From Tilletiaria anomala UBC 951 (taxonomy: Eukaryota): 64,000 nt of DNA. The stretch's first letter is position 1. Every line of letters starts with the position of its first letter. Position numbers and translations under genes: made by a program. Below the pieces are notes generated by a model that was given only the letters and a program-made list of their open reading frames with translations, was not told the DNA's origin and did no database searches. The stretch is taken from contig NW_013547019.1 in the NCBI RefSeq assembly GCF_000711695.1, positions 186,001 to 250,000 on the forward strand, in the 5' to 3' direction. Of this stretch, positions 1 through 12,500 are shown one piece after another.

Positions 1-618
1 TCATTTCCTATCTTACTCGGGATCCATGTGGCGGAGCGCTGGAAGTTCAGAAGCGGGTTCGAAATCACAGCCAAACGAGCAGGCCAGGTCTTCACATGGC
101 TGCCTCTTTCTATAAGTGGTAAGGCAGGCAGTCTGGAGGTCATTGACGAAGTGTTCATCAGCGAACACGACATGGGGAACGACGCGCAATCCTCTTGGGA
201 ATCTGAAGCTCTCAAACAGGTTCAGGAGCAAACGAACGTGGATGCAGACGCTGCGCATCGTCTCAGCCGCCAGTTGATGGAACAGCCGGGTGCTTCACCG
301 CACCCAGACGCGCGTTCGAACGCGATCCAGGAAAATGATGTAGGCACCGCTCTGTCGGGAGGCGAGAGTGCGCGACGGCGTCCGTCGGATGACGGCTACA
401 TTCAAGGCTTCGGCCACCTCTCTAGCCCACTCGCCAAGCTTTTTGGGCGGCGCAATCGCGCGGGAGACAATATGCCAGACGGCAGCAACAGGCAGGTGGA
501 AACAGAGCAACAGCCGCTCGACACTGATGCGCTGCTAACCAAGATTGAGCGGCTGGAGAAGCAGAATGAGAGAATGGAGGACTTGCTGAGGCGATTAATA
601 GAGCGGTATCCTGCCTGA
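1..618 (+). CDS. 3' end of a gene running in from the left edge; possibly the C-terminus of a fungal TRP/Yvc1-like channel
   Basis: Frame is open from base 1 (SFPILLGIHVAERWKF...) to TGA at 616-618 and ends in a coiled coil (LLTKIERLEKQNERMEDLLRRL). The resemblance to Yvc1-like tails is weak and from memory. Confidence 0.4.
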   Translation, partial: SFPILLGIHVAERWKFRSGFEITAKRAGQVFTWLPLSISGKAGSLEVIDEVFISEHDMGNDAQSSWESEALKQVQEQTNVDADAAHRLSRQLMEQPGASPHPDARSNAIQENDVGTALSGGESARRRPSDDGYIQGFGHLSSPLAKLFGRRNRAGDNMPDGSNRQVETEQQPLDTDALLTKIERLEKQNERMEDLLRRLIERYPA

Positions 619-714
619 TGCCACCGAAGGGCAACAGCACCCTGATTACCATGGATAGTACTTGATATCTTTAATGGCCGCCTGGCCTTCAGCATGACAT
701 TGTCGCGCGCGAAT

Positions 715-3700
715 CTAAATTACCCCCAATGGGTCAGAGACAAGCATACCGGGTGGATGAGGATTGTTGGGCTGTCGGCCCAGCGGGCCTGTCTCTACTA
801 TAAGCGTTTCGACGCCGGAGTCCAAAACAGACTGCATCGACCTAGCACTAGTAAAGCTAGCTGCAGTCAGCGGCTCCTCGGGCGATGCCAACGGCGACTG
901 GGAGCGCGTCAAACTCGGAAGGCTGCTTTGTGCGGCCATGGATGGCACTGAGCTCGGTAACAGCGAGCAGGTAGTCGCATTTTGAACATAATTTGAAGAG
1001 CCTCTTCTGTTCTGCTCAAGTGCATTCGGCAACCTGACAGAAATGTCTGTTCCCGAAACTAGACCTGGAGATGACTGCTGTGAGCTCATGGGCACACGTG
1101 GCAGGCCGGTGGACGGGGTGCCGGGCGCCAGACCTGCGTCTATTGGTGGCGCGGCAGAAAATTGCTTGTTAGAGGTGGGTTTGGGCGCAGGTGCAGGTGC
1201 AGAGTTGGGGCCCGTTTCAGATTTGGGTTGTGTTGTCGTGTCTGCGGCGGCAGAGCCCAAGATCGCCGGGTCGTACTCTTTGGCGGTGCCAAGCAGCACA
1301 TCTCGAATGTGCTTCAGTGCGGTGATGGACATGAGTGTGGAGATGTCGTCCTGTGTGAGATTTTCCGAGCCACTGGTCGTCATCCGCTCTTCCGCACGTG
1401 GCAGAGGACCAGGCCCGTTCTTCCAGCGAAGCTCCAGAGTTTCTACGCACGAGGCAATCGCGATGCCCATGGCCTTGTTGGCCCCTTTCAGAGCTGAAAG
1501 CTCAGCAGATAATGCGTTTGCATCAGAACCTGAAGATTGATTTGACTGATGAAGCGCAGAGATCGCGGCATTTGCATCAGCCGGGTTCTTGCCGAGCGTC
1601 TTGAGCCTGCGACTCGCAATATCATCCACGAGCGGTGGAAATCCATCGCCGCCCGGTCGAGTGTGCCCACGGCCGGTACCGGCAGCTGTGTATGCATTGA
1701 CCGCGCGATTGACGTTTGACATAGCGTTCCCGACAGCGCGGTTGATGCCGAGTGCGTCAGACCGCTCATAGAGGCCTTTGGCAAGGTCGCTGATGCCCTC
1801 CGGGAAGTACGTAGTAGGTGAAAAGGGAAAGGTTGGTTGTAGTTGCTGCTGCTGCGGGGTAGAAGAATGTCGCGCAGCACCAGCTGTTGGCGCTTCTTGC
1901 ACCCGCAGCGGGCCACCAAACATGCCTGCTCCTAGTCCAGGCCGCTGCCCAAACGTCCTGCCGCTGGCAACTGTCCGAGCAGCCGAGGGGCGACCGCCAG
2001 GCCGCACACATCTCTGCAGCTGCGGGGACGTGTCGTCATTTGAAGGTTCGACGACCATATCGATGCCCAACTTGTCCCTGTTCTGAATAACCACTTGAAC
2101 GCCTGTAGTCGGGTTGGGCGTTGCACGGATCGTGATAGCCTGACGCACGAGCAAACCCGTGTGCTGCCCAGGTTCGCGCTCTTCATCAGCGTCTGCTGCT
2201 GCTCCTGGTGCACTCATGTCTGAAAGTTTCGGTTGTGGAAGAGCCGGATAGCGCAGCAGCTTCTGCAGAGCACTGCTATACCCTCCCGCGAGAAGGTGAG
2301 CCCTGATCCGAAGAAGCATAGCGACACAGACATGATCGACAAGGACGAGCATGCGCTTCCCATCCGCCCCACCCTCGCGCCCGCTCTGTCCCGTCACCGA
2401 ATGATGCTCTCCCAGCTCCGGACCGTCGTCGATCCCGTCGAGTAGGCCGTCATACGCCAGTATGCCGTCCCACATCTCCAGCGCCTCTTCGAGCGGAAAC
2501 TCGCGCGTGAATAGCAGGCGGACCCAGCGCAGCGCAAAGAGCTGCGGCTCGATGCCAAGCTCGGAGAGGTGCGAGGCGAGCGCTGGATCGACTGCGCGCA
2601 GGAGCGAGAAGATCCGCTCCGCTTTCAGCACGATCGGCGCGGCAGTCGTCCCCAGCACGGAGGGTGACGTTGAAGACGAGGAACTGTCAGACGACGCAGG
2701 TCCGCTGAGCGTGGGGGACGACGGCTGGCGCCAGTCGTACCACGTCTTGGCGCCAAGCATGAGCGAGTTGAAGAGCGCATACGCATCATGCTCGACGAAT
2801 GCTTCGTCCAGCATGGTTCGCAGGAATTCATCCACCGCCGCGTCCTTCTTGGCTCCCAGCGCTGCATCCTCACTGATGTTGCTACCGTTGCTATGCGGTG
2901 GTAAAGAGTCAGTGCGTCGGCGGCTGGCACTGGTAGTACCAGTGATGTCATTCTTGGTGAGTACGCGCATCCTGTCCTTCCAGCGAGCATAGTAGCAAGT
3001 GGCAGCGAGTTCGTGCATGCCTTGCCGGTACCCAACGTCCTGGTGGATGCAGCACCATACGAACAGCGCGTTCGTCAGTCCTTTTCGCACCGCTTGGCGA
3101 ATGGCCTGCTCTTCCGCTGCGTAGCCTCCTCCTTCTGCAGCAAGCTCAGTATTCGTTTGATCGTCGTCGGCTTCATCACTGGCGCAAGAGAAGAGGCTAA
3201 CATCTGGGAAGGTGCGCTTCACATCGGCCTCGATGGTTGCGAGGAGCTCCATGCTGGTGAAATGCCTCTTCCATGGATTACTGGATGCTAGGGAGAGGGG
3301 GTTGTTGATGCTCAAATCTGAACACATCGGCGACGATGGTTGCTGCGAGGAGTGTCCACCGAAGGCATGGTTAACAGCAGGGCCGCCATCGCCTGCTGTT
3401 AGCCTCTGCTGCTGCTGAAGATCAAATCTATCAAAGCCCATATACGCAGCTTTAGGCGTCAGGCTCTCAGGGTGAGGCGAGCGTGGGTGCAAGCCCACAT
3501 CGCCTTGAAGTTGTCCGCGCTGTCTGCTAGCAGCACCGCCTTGTTCGTAGTTGTCATTTCCATCGTTTTCTGGACCGACGCTGGTCGGATTGCCGGGGTT
3601 GCTGAGAAGATGACGCCTCAACTGCGCGTAATGTGTCCGTTCCTTTGCAATTGTCACGAGCCACTGCTGCTGCCACGAGGAGAGGAGGCGGTGGTTCCTT

Positions 3701-4293
3701 CTGGACCAGGAAGAAGGTCGGCCAAGGGGAGGAGGGGCGGGCGCAGTAGGAAACGATGTGCTTGATGCGTTCGGTGATGGAGCATCGTCGAAGGGACTAG
3801 AGGTGCGACCTGAGGCCGTGGGGGCTAGGAGTAACGAGGTGTCTGACCACGCGCTGGTACTGGTGTGGCTCCAGCTGCTGCCGGATTGCTCTGGGGTAGG
3901 AGAGAGCGGGTCACCATTCTTGGATTCCTTTAGGAGAGGCAGGTGGTCAAAATAAAGCTGCGCACGCACAGGATCCATCAGTCCTCCATCAGCGCCTCTA
4001 CAGTGACGAGCCACCACACACACCTTCCAATACAGGCTTCTTAGCCTACCATCATGCAGCTGTATCTCCCCGTTGACGCCATCGGACCGCAGCTGGTTGA
4101 GCGTGGGTAGGTGGCGGCTGGTCCAGCGGGACTTGGCATCGCGCTGCTGGCTCGGCAGCGTCGCACGTGAGAAGACTTGCTGGAAGCGTTCGAAGAGCGC
4201 CGCTTCGCGTGTCTGGCGAGCGGCGTCATCCTCGATGAGCATGTTGCTGCCGCTGCTAGGGCCGCTGCCGGTGGAAAAGCCGGCAGCGTTCAT
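715..4293 (-). CDS. TBC-domain Rab GTPase-activating protein (TBC1D5/Gyp6-like)
   Basis: LRSLYWK motif A, IEADVKRTF (Arg finger), YRQGMHEL (Gln finger), LGIEPQLFALRWVRLLFTREF, LLRYP. A 66-nt stop-free GT-AG intron at 3958-4023 is hidden inside the ORF. Confidence 0.9.
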   Translation of the reverse strand: MNAAGFSTGSGPSSGSNMLIEDDAARQTREAALFERFQQVFSRATLPSQQRDAKSRWTSRHLPTLNQLRSDGVNGEIQLHDGRLRSLYWKVCVVARHCRGADGGLMDPVRAQLYFDHLPLLKESKNGDPLSPTPEQSGSSWSHTSTSAWSDTSLLLAPTASGRTSSPFDDAPSPNASSTSFPTAPAPPPLGRPSSWSRRNHRLLSSWQQQWLVTIAKERTHYAQLRRHLLSNPGNPTSVGPENDGNDNYEQGGAASRQRGQLQGDVGLHPRSPHPESLTPKAAYMGFDRFDLQQQQRLTAGDGGPAVNHAFGGHSSQQPSSPMCSDLSINNPLSLASSNPWKRHFTSMELLATIEADVKRTFPDVSLFSCASDEADDDQTNTELAAEGGGYAAEEQAIRQAVRKGLTNALFVWCCIHQDVGYRQGMHELAATCYYARWKDRMRVLTKNDITGTTSASRRRTDSLPPHSNGSNISEDAALGAKKDAAVDEFLRTMLDEAFVEHDAYALFNSLMLGAKTWYDWRQPSSPTLSGPASSDSSSSSTSPSVLGTTAAPIVLKAERIFSLLRAVDPALASHLSELGIEPQLFALRWVRLLFTREFPLEEALEMWDGILAYDGLLDGIDDGPELGEHHSVTGQSGREGGADGKRMLVLVDHVCVAMLLRIRAHLLAGGYSSALQKLLRYPALPQPKLSDMSAPGAAADADEEREPGQHTGLLVRQAITIRATPNPTTGVQVVIQNRDKLGIDMVVEPSNDDTSPQLQRCVRPGGRPSAARTVASGRTFGQRPGLGAGMFGGPLRVQEAPTAGAARHSSTPQQQQLQPTFPFSPTTYFPEGISDLAKGLYERSDALGINRAVGNAMSNVNRAVNAYTAAGTGRGHTRPGGDGFPPLVDDIASRRLKTLGKNPADANAAISALHQSNQSSGSDANALSAELSALKGANKAMGIAIASCVETLELRWKNGPGPLPRAEERMTTSGSENLTQDDISTLMSITALKHIRDVLLGTAKEYDPAILGSAAADTTTQPKSETGPNSAPAPAPKPTSNKQFSAAPPIDAGLAPGTPSTGLPRVPMSSQQSSPGLVSGTDISVRLPNALEQNRRGSSNYVQNATTCSLLPSSVPSMAAQSSLPSLTRSQSPLASPEEPLTAASFTSARSMQSVLDSGVETLIVETGPLGRQPNNPHPPGMLVSDPLGVI

Positions 4294-5647
4294 GCTTGCC
4301 TAGTGGTGTAAAAGGGCGACAACCGTGCTGTGTCCTTGATTGCGATGTGTCTGAGGCATGCGTAGGTAGTGTCGGAAAAAGCGAACGTGAAAGTGGGAGA
4401 GGGGATGGATGGGTTGGTTGGTACACGCTGGATTCGCCAGAGGTTCGGGGAGCAGAGCAAGCCGACCACCAGCACTTCAAGCACGCGGCAACCTGGAGTC
4501 GTTTGTCGGTCGCCTACCAGGTTCTTTCTCTCTCTCTCCCTTTCACTTGGACCTGGAGGTGCATGATGGGCTGGATGGATACAGATGAAGTAAGGATGCC
4601 CGGCTGGCTGAACACGAAAATGATCGACAGGCCAATCGCGACTTCTCAGTGCGTGCCAAAATATAAAGTAAACTCAATATCTGAATTTATAGCCCATAAT
4701 CGCGTTTCCATCCCTCGGTACAATTTCACATTTTGGCATGGGCGCGCATAGACTCCTAATCGCTGCGCATTGGGGGGAGGGTTTAAAGGTTACTTACTAC
4801 TTACTCTACCTACTTACTATACACCCCCCCCCATCGTTACAGCACCGCAGTGCGCGCGCACAAGCCAGCCAGCCAGTAACCCGGCCCACCCGCGCCCGGC
4901 CGGCCAATGCAAGCCAGAAAATAGAACCCTCCTTTGCTGGTGTTGCGACCGTCAGCGCTCACAGTAGACCAATTCCCAGAGGTGCAGAGGCACTGTACAA
5001 GGGAAGGGATCAGACTAGATTCTCAAGTCTGAGAACCATACAGGTGCATATACCAACCGTAGTCGACCAGCATTGAGAAAGGGCTGGTGGAAGTGCCGGT
5101 GGTGAGGCCCATTGCCGTGCCACACCGAAGCGAATAAATGGACACGTGATCATTTCCATCATTCGCAGCAAGTGTTACATCCCCCGCACACGTTTCGCGA
5201 TGTGCGCACAACGCCTAAAACGAGATGTGATAGTAGTTGTGTACAACCGTTGACGTTGGATTGATATGCCTCGAGTTGCAATACGTAGAAGGGCAAGCTC
5301 ATCCAACTGATCAATTCAAACCCAGGCTGTACATATCTATTCGTCTTACGCATAGTGAGCATCGCACTCTACCTCCAACATCGCAACTTCAGGGAATACG
5401 AAGCCTGACACGGTGACGAACAGCTCGTGCGCACGGTCGAAACCTACACGAGTGAGTGGACTACGATCGATGATCAGACGAGAAATGCAGTTGGTAAGCC
5501 AGGACTTTCCAAACAAACGGCTTTATGAAGTGCGAGCTTCCGTGCTTCCTGCTCCGCTTCCATTCAACGACGGTCTCTCCTAATTATCACGGTCGCACTG
5601 TCAATCAGATATTAGTTGCGAGGCTCGTACTGTACCTTACGTCTCTC

Positions 5648-6632
5648 ACGATAACTTCCGCGATCAAGGGCCGCATCGACATTCCAGCCGAGACGCCACT
5701 CTTCTTTGCGTCCAAGCTGGTCGCCGAAGCCCTCTCCGAGCTCAGCAGCGGCGCACCAGCAAGCACCTCGGCGCTGCAGCGTTTGCGGCTCGCACAGACC
5801 CTCCTCTCGTCCTTCGAACCGTACGTAGACTCGCACTCTACTTACCCGGCCTACCTGCGCTGCTGCAGGCGACCACTTCGCACGATTGGGCCGGCGTATA
5901 TGAGCGCGGTGCCTCCAGCCTCAAGCTTGACTTGCACTTTTGCGCCGGGCCGTACGAGGGCGCATGGTTGGGCCAGTTCGTGGGCGCCATATGCGCGATG
6001 ACGGTGCTCGAAGTGGGCATGCGCACGGGAACTACCACGCTCTGCATCGCCGAAAACCTCCCGCGTGACGACCAGAAGGCGCACGTTACGACGCTCGAGC
6101 TGATGGAGTACCTCAAGGGCTTCGTTGAGCCCTACTTCCGAGCTGCCGGCCACGGCCCAGAGCGCATAACCGTCGTGACGAGCAAGGCATCCGACAGCCT
6201 CAAACTCCTTCCATCCAGTGGCAGCTCGTCAGATAGCAAGACGATTCCGGAGAAGGCCAAAGGCCCTTTCGATCTCATTTTCATCGATGCCGATAAAGGA
6301 GGGTATGTGGAGTATTACAAGCTCATCATTGACGGTGGCCTGCTAGCCAAGACCGGAACGCTTTTGATCGACAATACGCTCTGCAAGGTGAGCGGACCGA
6401 TAGAAATTGTATTGGACTCCTATCTAATAGTCTCTTTTTCTTCCTTGGCTATCATTGTCTGTACTAGGGTACGGCGTTCGCGCCCGGTCTGCTCGAGGTA
6501 GAGCCACAGATCAACCTGGTAAACGCCAAAGCGATCTCCGAATTCAACGACATGATCCTCAAGGATGATCGCGTCAACGTCACCCTCCTGCCCGTCCGGG
6601 ATGATGTCATGATGGTCAATTGGAGAAATTGA
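5648..6632 (+). pseudogene. Frameshifted SAM-dependent O-methyltransferase (Methyltransf_3, MysB-like)
   Basis: ETPLFFASKL...FEPYVDSHST, then a frame switch near 5841 to LPGLPALLQATTSHDW...VLEVGMRTG...FDLIFIDADKGGY...IDNTL. Intron 6388-6467. Last exon ISEFNDMILKDDRVNVTLLPVRDD ends at TGA 6630-6632. ACG stands where a start is expected (5648). Confidence 0.75.
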
Positions 6633-6710
6633 GGATGCCCCCCAGGCAGGGGGGATGGTAACCTGCAGCAACACCAGAAGGAAGCGCATGTGATTCAATG
6701 CCACTCGTTT

Positions 6711-8346
6711 TCACGAGAAATAGTACATCTCGTTCTGCTTCTTGGCTTGCACCTCCATGATGCCCCCATAGAAGTGCTCATGGTCGAGCTGCGTCGCACC
6801 CTCGCGCAGTGCAATCATGCCCGCTTCGACGCAAACGGCCTTGAGTTGTGCACCGTTGAACTCGTCCGTGCTGCGCGCGAGCTCCTCAAAGTTGACATTG
6901 GGGCCGACGGCCATCTTGCGGCTGTGGATTTCCATGATGCGCGCGCGGGCCTCCTCGTTCGGGAGCGGGAACTCAATCTTGCGGTCCAGCCGTCCGGAGC
7001 GAAGCAGCGCCGGGTCAAGGATATCGATGCGATTCGTCGCGGCGATGACCTTGATGCGCTCGTCGGAGCTGAAGCCGTCGAGTTGGTTCAGCAGCTCGAG
7101 CATTGTTCGCTGCACTTCCCTGTCGCCGGACTTGTCGCTGTCAAAGCGCTTCGTGCCGATTGCATCGAGCTCGTCGATGAAGATGATCGCAGGGGCCTTC
7201 TCTTTCGCCAGCTCGAACGCATCGCGCACCAGCTTCGCGCCGTCACCGATGAACATCTGCACCAGCGATGGGCCTGCTAGCTTCAGGTAGCATGCGTTCG
7301 TCTGTGCTGCGCACGCACGCGCCAGAAGCGTCTTGCCTGTGCCTGGTGGGCCATACATGAGCGCCCCCTTGGGCGGCCGGATACCGAGGTTCTTGAACTT
7401 CTGCTCTTGCTGCATCGGAAGTACAATCGCTTCGACCAGTTCTTCGATTTGTTTGTCCAGACCGCCTAAGAAGCATTAGGAAATGTCAGTCTCAGAAGCG
7501 ATGCCAAAGGCCATCCAGAAAGAGAGTGAGGGCGCACCAATGTCAGTGTACTGCTCCGTTGGTCGCTCGTCCACCTCCATCGCCTTGACTCTGCTGTCGA
7601 ACTCGGCTGGAAGCTTGTCAAGCACGAGGTAGCTGTCTTTGTTGACGCCGATCAAGTCACCCGGCCGGAGCGTTTCTGGCGGCACGAGGCCAATCAAGGG
7701 CAGGAAGATGGTTTGGCGCGTGGACGTCTTGATGACCGCACACTTGCCTTTGCGCTGCGTGTCGAGATTGATCTGCGCGCCGCCTTCTTCAGACTCTTCG
7801 TCCACGTCTGGATCGATATCGAGAATCTACGTTGCAGCAAGTCCCACAAGAGATGAGGGAATGTCAGCACAGTGCTGAAAAGGGTACCTTGGTGCACAAT
7901 TGCTGCTATAAATACTCCACCTAGATGCTCACCTCGACAACATTCCCCACCAGATAGGGCAACACCTTGTTCTGCTTAATCTTGTCCGCATTGTCCTTGA
8001 TCTTCTCCCGCATCATCGTCTGCTCATGCATCAAGCGCATGTTCTCTGAGCGCATGACCTTGATATCATTCTCCAGCAACCGCGTCCGCGTCTGGATCTC
8101 TTCCACGCTCGCATTGAGCACCTCATCAGGCAGAGGCTCCTCCTCTGGCGGCTTAGCATTTTCCGACATGTTGTCGTCAGATGAGCTCTTCTCTCGTGAG
8201 CTGCCTGATGACGAATATGCTCCTCCTGCCACCGCAGATGACGATGACGGCGTGTTCTTGTTGTCATCATCCTTGGGTAAGTCGCCAGCACCGCTGCTGC
8301 CGGCTGCGTTCGCTGTCGGGTCTGTTGGTGGTTGTGCGTCTGACAT
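6711..8346 (-). CDS. RPT5: 26S proteasome AAA-ATPase subunit Rpt5 (PSMC3/6A)
   Basis: Walker A GPPGTGKT, Walker [33 protein letters not shown] and C-terminal HbYX-like YYFS. Exons 8346-7933, 7826-7538, 7465-6711 with canonical splice sites. Confidence 0.97.
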
Positions 8347-9553
8347 TATTGCTTTGCCGTCGATCAAGGTAGCTCAAACGTCGATTTTTCCTCCTCACTC
8401 TCACACGAGGTTTTTCTTCCCCTGCGTCTCACTCAGTCGTGGCATTCAGCAAGCACAAGTTGGTAACAACAAGCCAGCAAACTTGTGGCCTTGTGGTAAG
8501 TTGTGCTGGTGATGCCCCCGCTATAGCGCTCACGAGGAGAGAGAGACGCGTGCGTGTTTGACTTAAGTGACTTCTGAGACTAGATAGTCCAAGTGACTCG
8601 AAACTAAATAAACTAATGGAAACACCAAACGGAGACAATTGCACCGATTACGGACCGATGCCAAAGGTTCATAGAGCATAGGCCGCTGTTTGTTGACGGT
8701 TGATCGACCCTCTACGCGTTAGTCCGCGTACGTGTGGGCCGTGTCTTTCATCCAGTCGACGAACTGACTCTTCGTCGTTTCATCCACTATGGAGGTCCAG
8801 TAAGTCGACTAGCCGACCAAGTAAGTTGCAGCGACTGTTCCTGGCCATCCAAGACTCACGGTCCTTCAGCTCAACGCGCCCCGTCCAGAGCAGGATGACT
8901 CTCCTAGCATGTGACCGATGCATCATCATCATGAGCGGGTCGACCAGGTGTCCACGTGAACCTTGTCCTTTTTGGTGGTTGGCCACAGCTCAAGTGCGAC
9001 AAGCCGTCACGAACTTGAGCCCGGGCAGTCCATCTGTTCAGTCGACTTTCGCTGATTGAGATCTTCGCTTGGCGTCCGATCGGCGCGCTAGGTGTATTAT
9101 AAGTACAGCTTACTGGGGTGGATGCCATGTTTGTCCCTTTCCTGCTCCTTTTGTCCAAAGCCCCATCATCTCCTGCATCGTCTTGCGTCTCTTCACATCT
9201 CACATTATCATTTCTAACGTCGAAGAAACAGACAATTCAGCATATCAACAGCAATAGGAAGCGCGAAACGCAGCATCGAAGACATTGCATATCTGAAAGA
9301 GCAGGGCTCTAACACCCGCGTAGTCCAACAGTTCGTGAGTGGGAGGATTCCATCCATTGGTAACACTTATAAGTTGCTGACTGTCTTGCTACGCGGCGGG
9401 TAGCCATCCTAGGCGCAGGCGCCTACTGTGACTTACGCCTTTCGCAACAGCAACGTGGCTGCCGCGAGCCGCGCCTCGATCTCGTCAACACGCCTTTGCG
9501 TCCTATTCGAGCATTGACGCGTTCCAGTTCGCACCACCAACTGCGAGCGCAAG

Positions 9554-12500
9554 ATGGTCTTCCATTCTAGCCCTCGGTTGGATGTGAACACCGAAGATAT
9601 GTGTGCCAACGTCTGCTCCCCTTTCGCACTCGGCGAGTCGCCCAACCGTCCCAAACAAAGCCGTGTTCCTTCTTTCGAGCACGTAATCAGCAAGCTACGT
9701 CCCATCGTCGCAAATCGCGTCCATTCGTTCCACCTGCCCCACTACACCCATGGTACTGGGAACAGCAGAAATGTTCACCCTTTCACTACCGTGGAATGGG
9801 AGGCAGAGGCGCCCACTCACTTGTCGACGGGCACAGGCGGCAAGGAAGATGATATCTCGCCGCTTCGCAGCACGTTCTTCATCGCTGACCGCAAGGTCCG
9901 CCGCGCGTCTGGAGGAGCGTCAAAGCAAAAATTGGGCGCGAACTCTACTAGTGGCCGAGGGGGTAGTAGGAGGGCTAGCTTTGCGATCCATCATGCCATT
10001 TCGCCTGTTTCGGCCTATTTTCTCGGCAGCAGCAAGCGCACCATCCACCTAGAGAAGATGGAAAGCGAAACTGAAGTTGTTTACAACATTCGAGCGCCCG
10101 AGGTTGAGATGAAGGGCTCTACAGACTCGGCCATTAGGCATTCCAAGACCAAGCTTGGTATCACCTCCAGGCTACTCAAGCCAGCCATGCAGTCATGCCT
10201 CAAGAACTCTTATCGTCTCTCGCTGCCGTTCACCCCGCACGAAGGAGGCCACAATGGTAGTGCCTTGGAAATACAAGCAGCTCCACTTCCTTATCCATCC
10301 CCTTCCATCGTCTTCCCTTCGACGAAAGAAGCAGCCTCGATTGCCCAGTACGCGCGCCAGTTGGCTTCTGAAGAGGATAACCGTCGTGCTAGCGACCCGG
10401 ACGTGCAGAGCGAATTCGAGCGCGAGCTGTTCCACTGGGTCGACAAGGAACTACGCGCTGCCACGAGAAATGTGGAGCACATGGCAGAGATGAAGGCGGG
10501 TTTTGAGGGCGGATGTCACGAATCGGACGATGAGGGTGGCTACTGCACTGACTTGGATGCCTCTCCGTGTCTTGGGTATGAGCAATACCGCAAGGGCGGC
10601 AGCATCTACAGTCGCCAGTATCGCAAGGCGAAGCAGAACCGGAAAACCGACAGCAGCAAAGATCGAGCTAGAGGGCTTGGCATAGGTGTCGGTTTTGGTG
10701 CTGGTGATGATGACATGGTCGGCGCGGCACCCTTCAAGGATGAGGTCGACAACGATCGTCTAACAGTGCCCGTGCTCAAAGCGCCGCGCTTCTGTCTTCA
10801 TACAGAAATTGTCCCGCGTGTCGGATCGCCCTCTCATGAGCTTTTGGAAGCCGAGCAAGAACAACTTGGAGAGCGACGCGAAGGCTCTCCATCCAGCCGC
10901 ATTCCCTCCAAGGCTTCGACCAAACTACTAAAGAAGAGGCAAGATAGCATTATTGTCCTTCCGGGAGAGGATTTGCCAGAAGTCGCCTTCGCCGACAGGT
11001 CCAACTCGCATGCTCATTCCGGTACTACCGCCAGCAACCTTCGTCGGATCACTACAGTCAGCGTTGGCCCTGCCACACCCTTCAATTACAGCTTGCACGC
11101 GGAGCAACAGCTGCTGCAGCATGCCGCCGGAAAGAATGACTTGCAAACAAAGACAGCAATCTTCGTGGACCCGCTGCAGATGGCCTCATCGCCGCTCCGC
11201 AGACTGCGCTCGCGTTCCGCACCTGAAGTCTCGATAAGCCCGCATCCAATTACAGAAGGTGAAATCGAAATCCGCCCCCCTGGCTCGCCAACACCATGCC
11301 TCCGCGCCTCCAGCGACAACAGCAGCCGCGATGGTTCGGAATCCCGTCCCGACTTGGCCACCCGCCGTCTCTCACGTTTCAGCATACCCCGCCCGTCGTC
11401 GCTCGTGTTGCACGACTTGCCGGAACCGACAGCATGGGCCACGGTGGAGATCGAAGTCAACGGCGCGAGACTGCATGGCCGCAACATGGACGCACCGGCT
11501 GTTTGGGATCCGCGAGTTGCAGGCAGCAAGGAGATAAGACAAGAGAAACAGGACCAAGAGAGCGACAGAGATGCAGAGAAAGGGGGCCTCAAGCTTCCGG
11601 ACAGGAACGCGAGAAGGGTAAAGTCGAGCTTCAGCCATTCATCTAGCCGTGCCAAAACGTAAGCACACGTCCTTGCACGCCGAATTCATTGTGGGTACGC
11701 GGGACACCTTTGCTGACGTCCTTCCTCATGATCATCTGGCAACTACAGGATTTCGGACTGCGGCAGCGCAGCAATAGGCTTGGGTATCGGCAACATGGAA
11801 ACTATGTCACCTATCCGTGGCTTAAACGCGCCGGAGTACGGCCGTCTCGCATCAGAGGTCGGCGAGTCGGACCGCTACAGCAAGCACTCGTCGGCCGCGG
11901 CGTCCTCAATGCAGGGGCTCATTCCGCGTTACAACCTCGACGAGACGCTCCGCCGGGAGATGCGCAAAAAAGGAACCAGCCGGGGATCGTCCCCGTTGCG
12001 CCTTACAAGACAGCGGAAGCAGATCATTGATTCCCCGATAGATGCGGTTGGATCATTGGCCTTACCCAAGGAGGTTGATGCGACGTTGATCGAAGCTCTA
12101 GCGAAGGCAGCTGCCACCGGCGAGTCGATCAAACAGCGGAAAAAGTCCGAGCAAATGACAGCCTGGGCTGTCTCCACTTTTGAAGCGACAGAGGGAGGCG
12201 CAGGAGAGATTCACTCGAAGGCCCCCAGTCCTCAATCTCTCGTGAGTGTCGCTTTCAACTCTGCTGCATCGCCAAGCATCTCGCGTATCGCCACGCCGAT
12301 CTTCACCGTAGACGGTGTCGTACTGAATGAGAGGCAGATGTCTCAGCACATCCTCGCTGCTGCACATGCCGCAGCAGCAGCAACAGCCTCTGCAATGGCC
12401 ACTTCTACACCTCACGAGTACAAGCCGACTGCCCTGCGCGTGGCTACACCCGGAGTTGTACCTGCTATGAAAGGACGCGTTCCGTTGTTCACAACGGCCG

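Noticed and set aside
5821..5868. Possible GTACGT...CAG intron rescuing the OMT frameshift
   Set aside because: It is 48 nt (a multiple of 3), so it would not change frame, and it would delete conserved-looking residues.
8650..9300. Coding-like fragments here and at 5020-5450, 17700-18100 and 51560-52160
   Set aside because: Short, stop-interrupted and not assignable to any family by eye.
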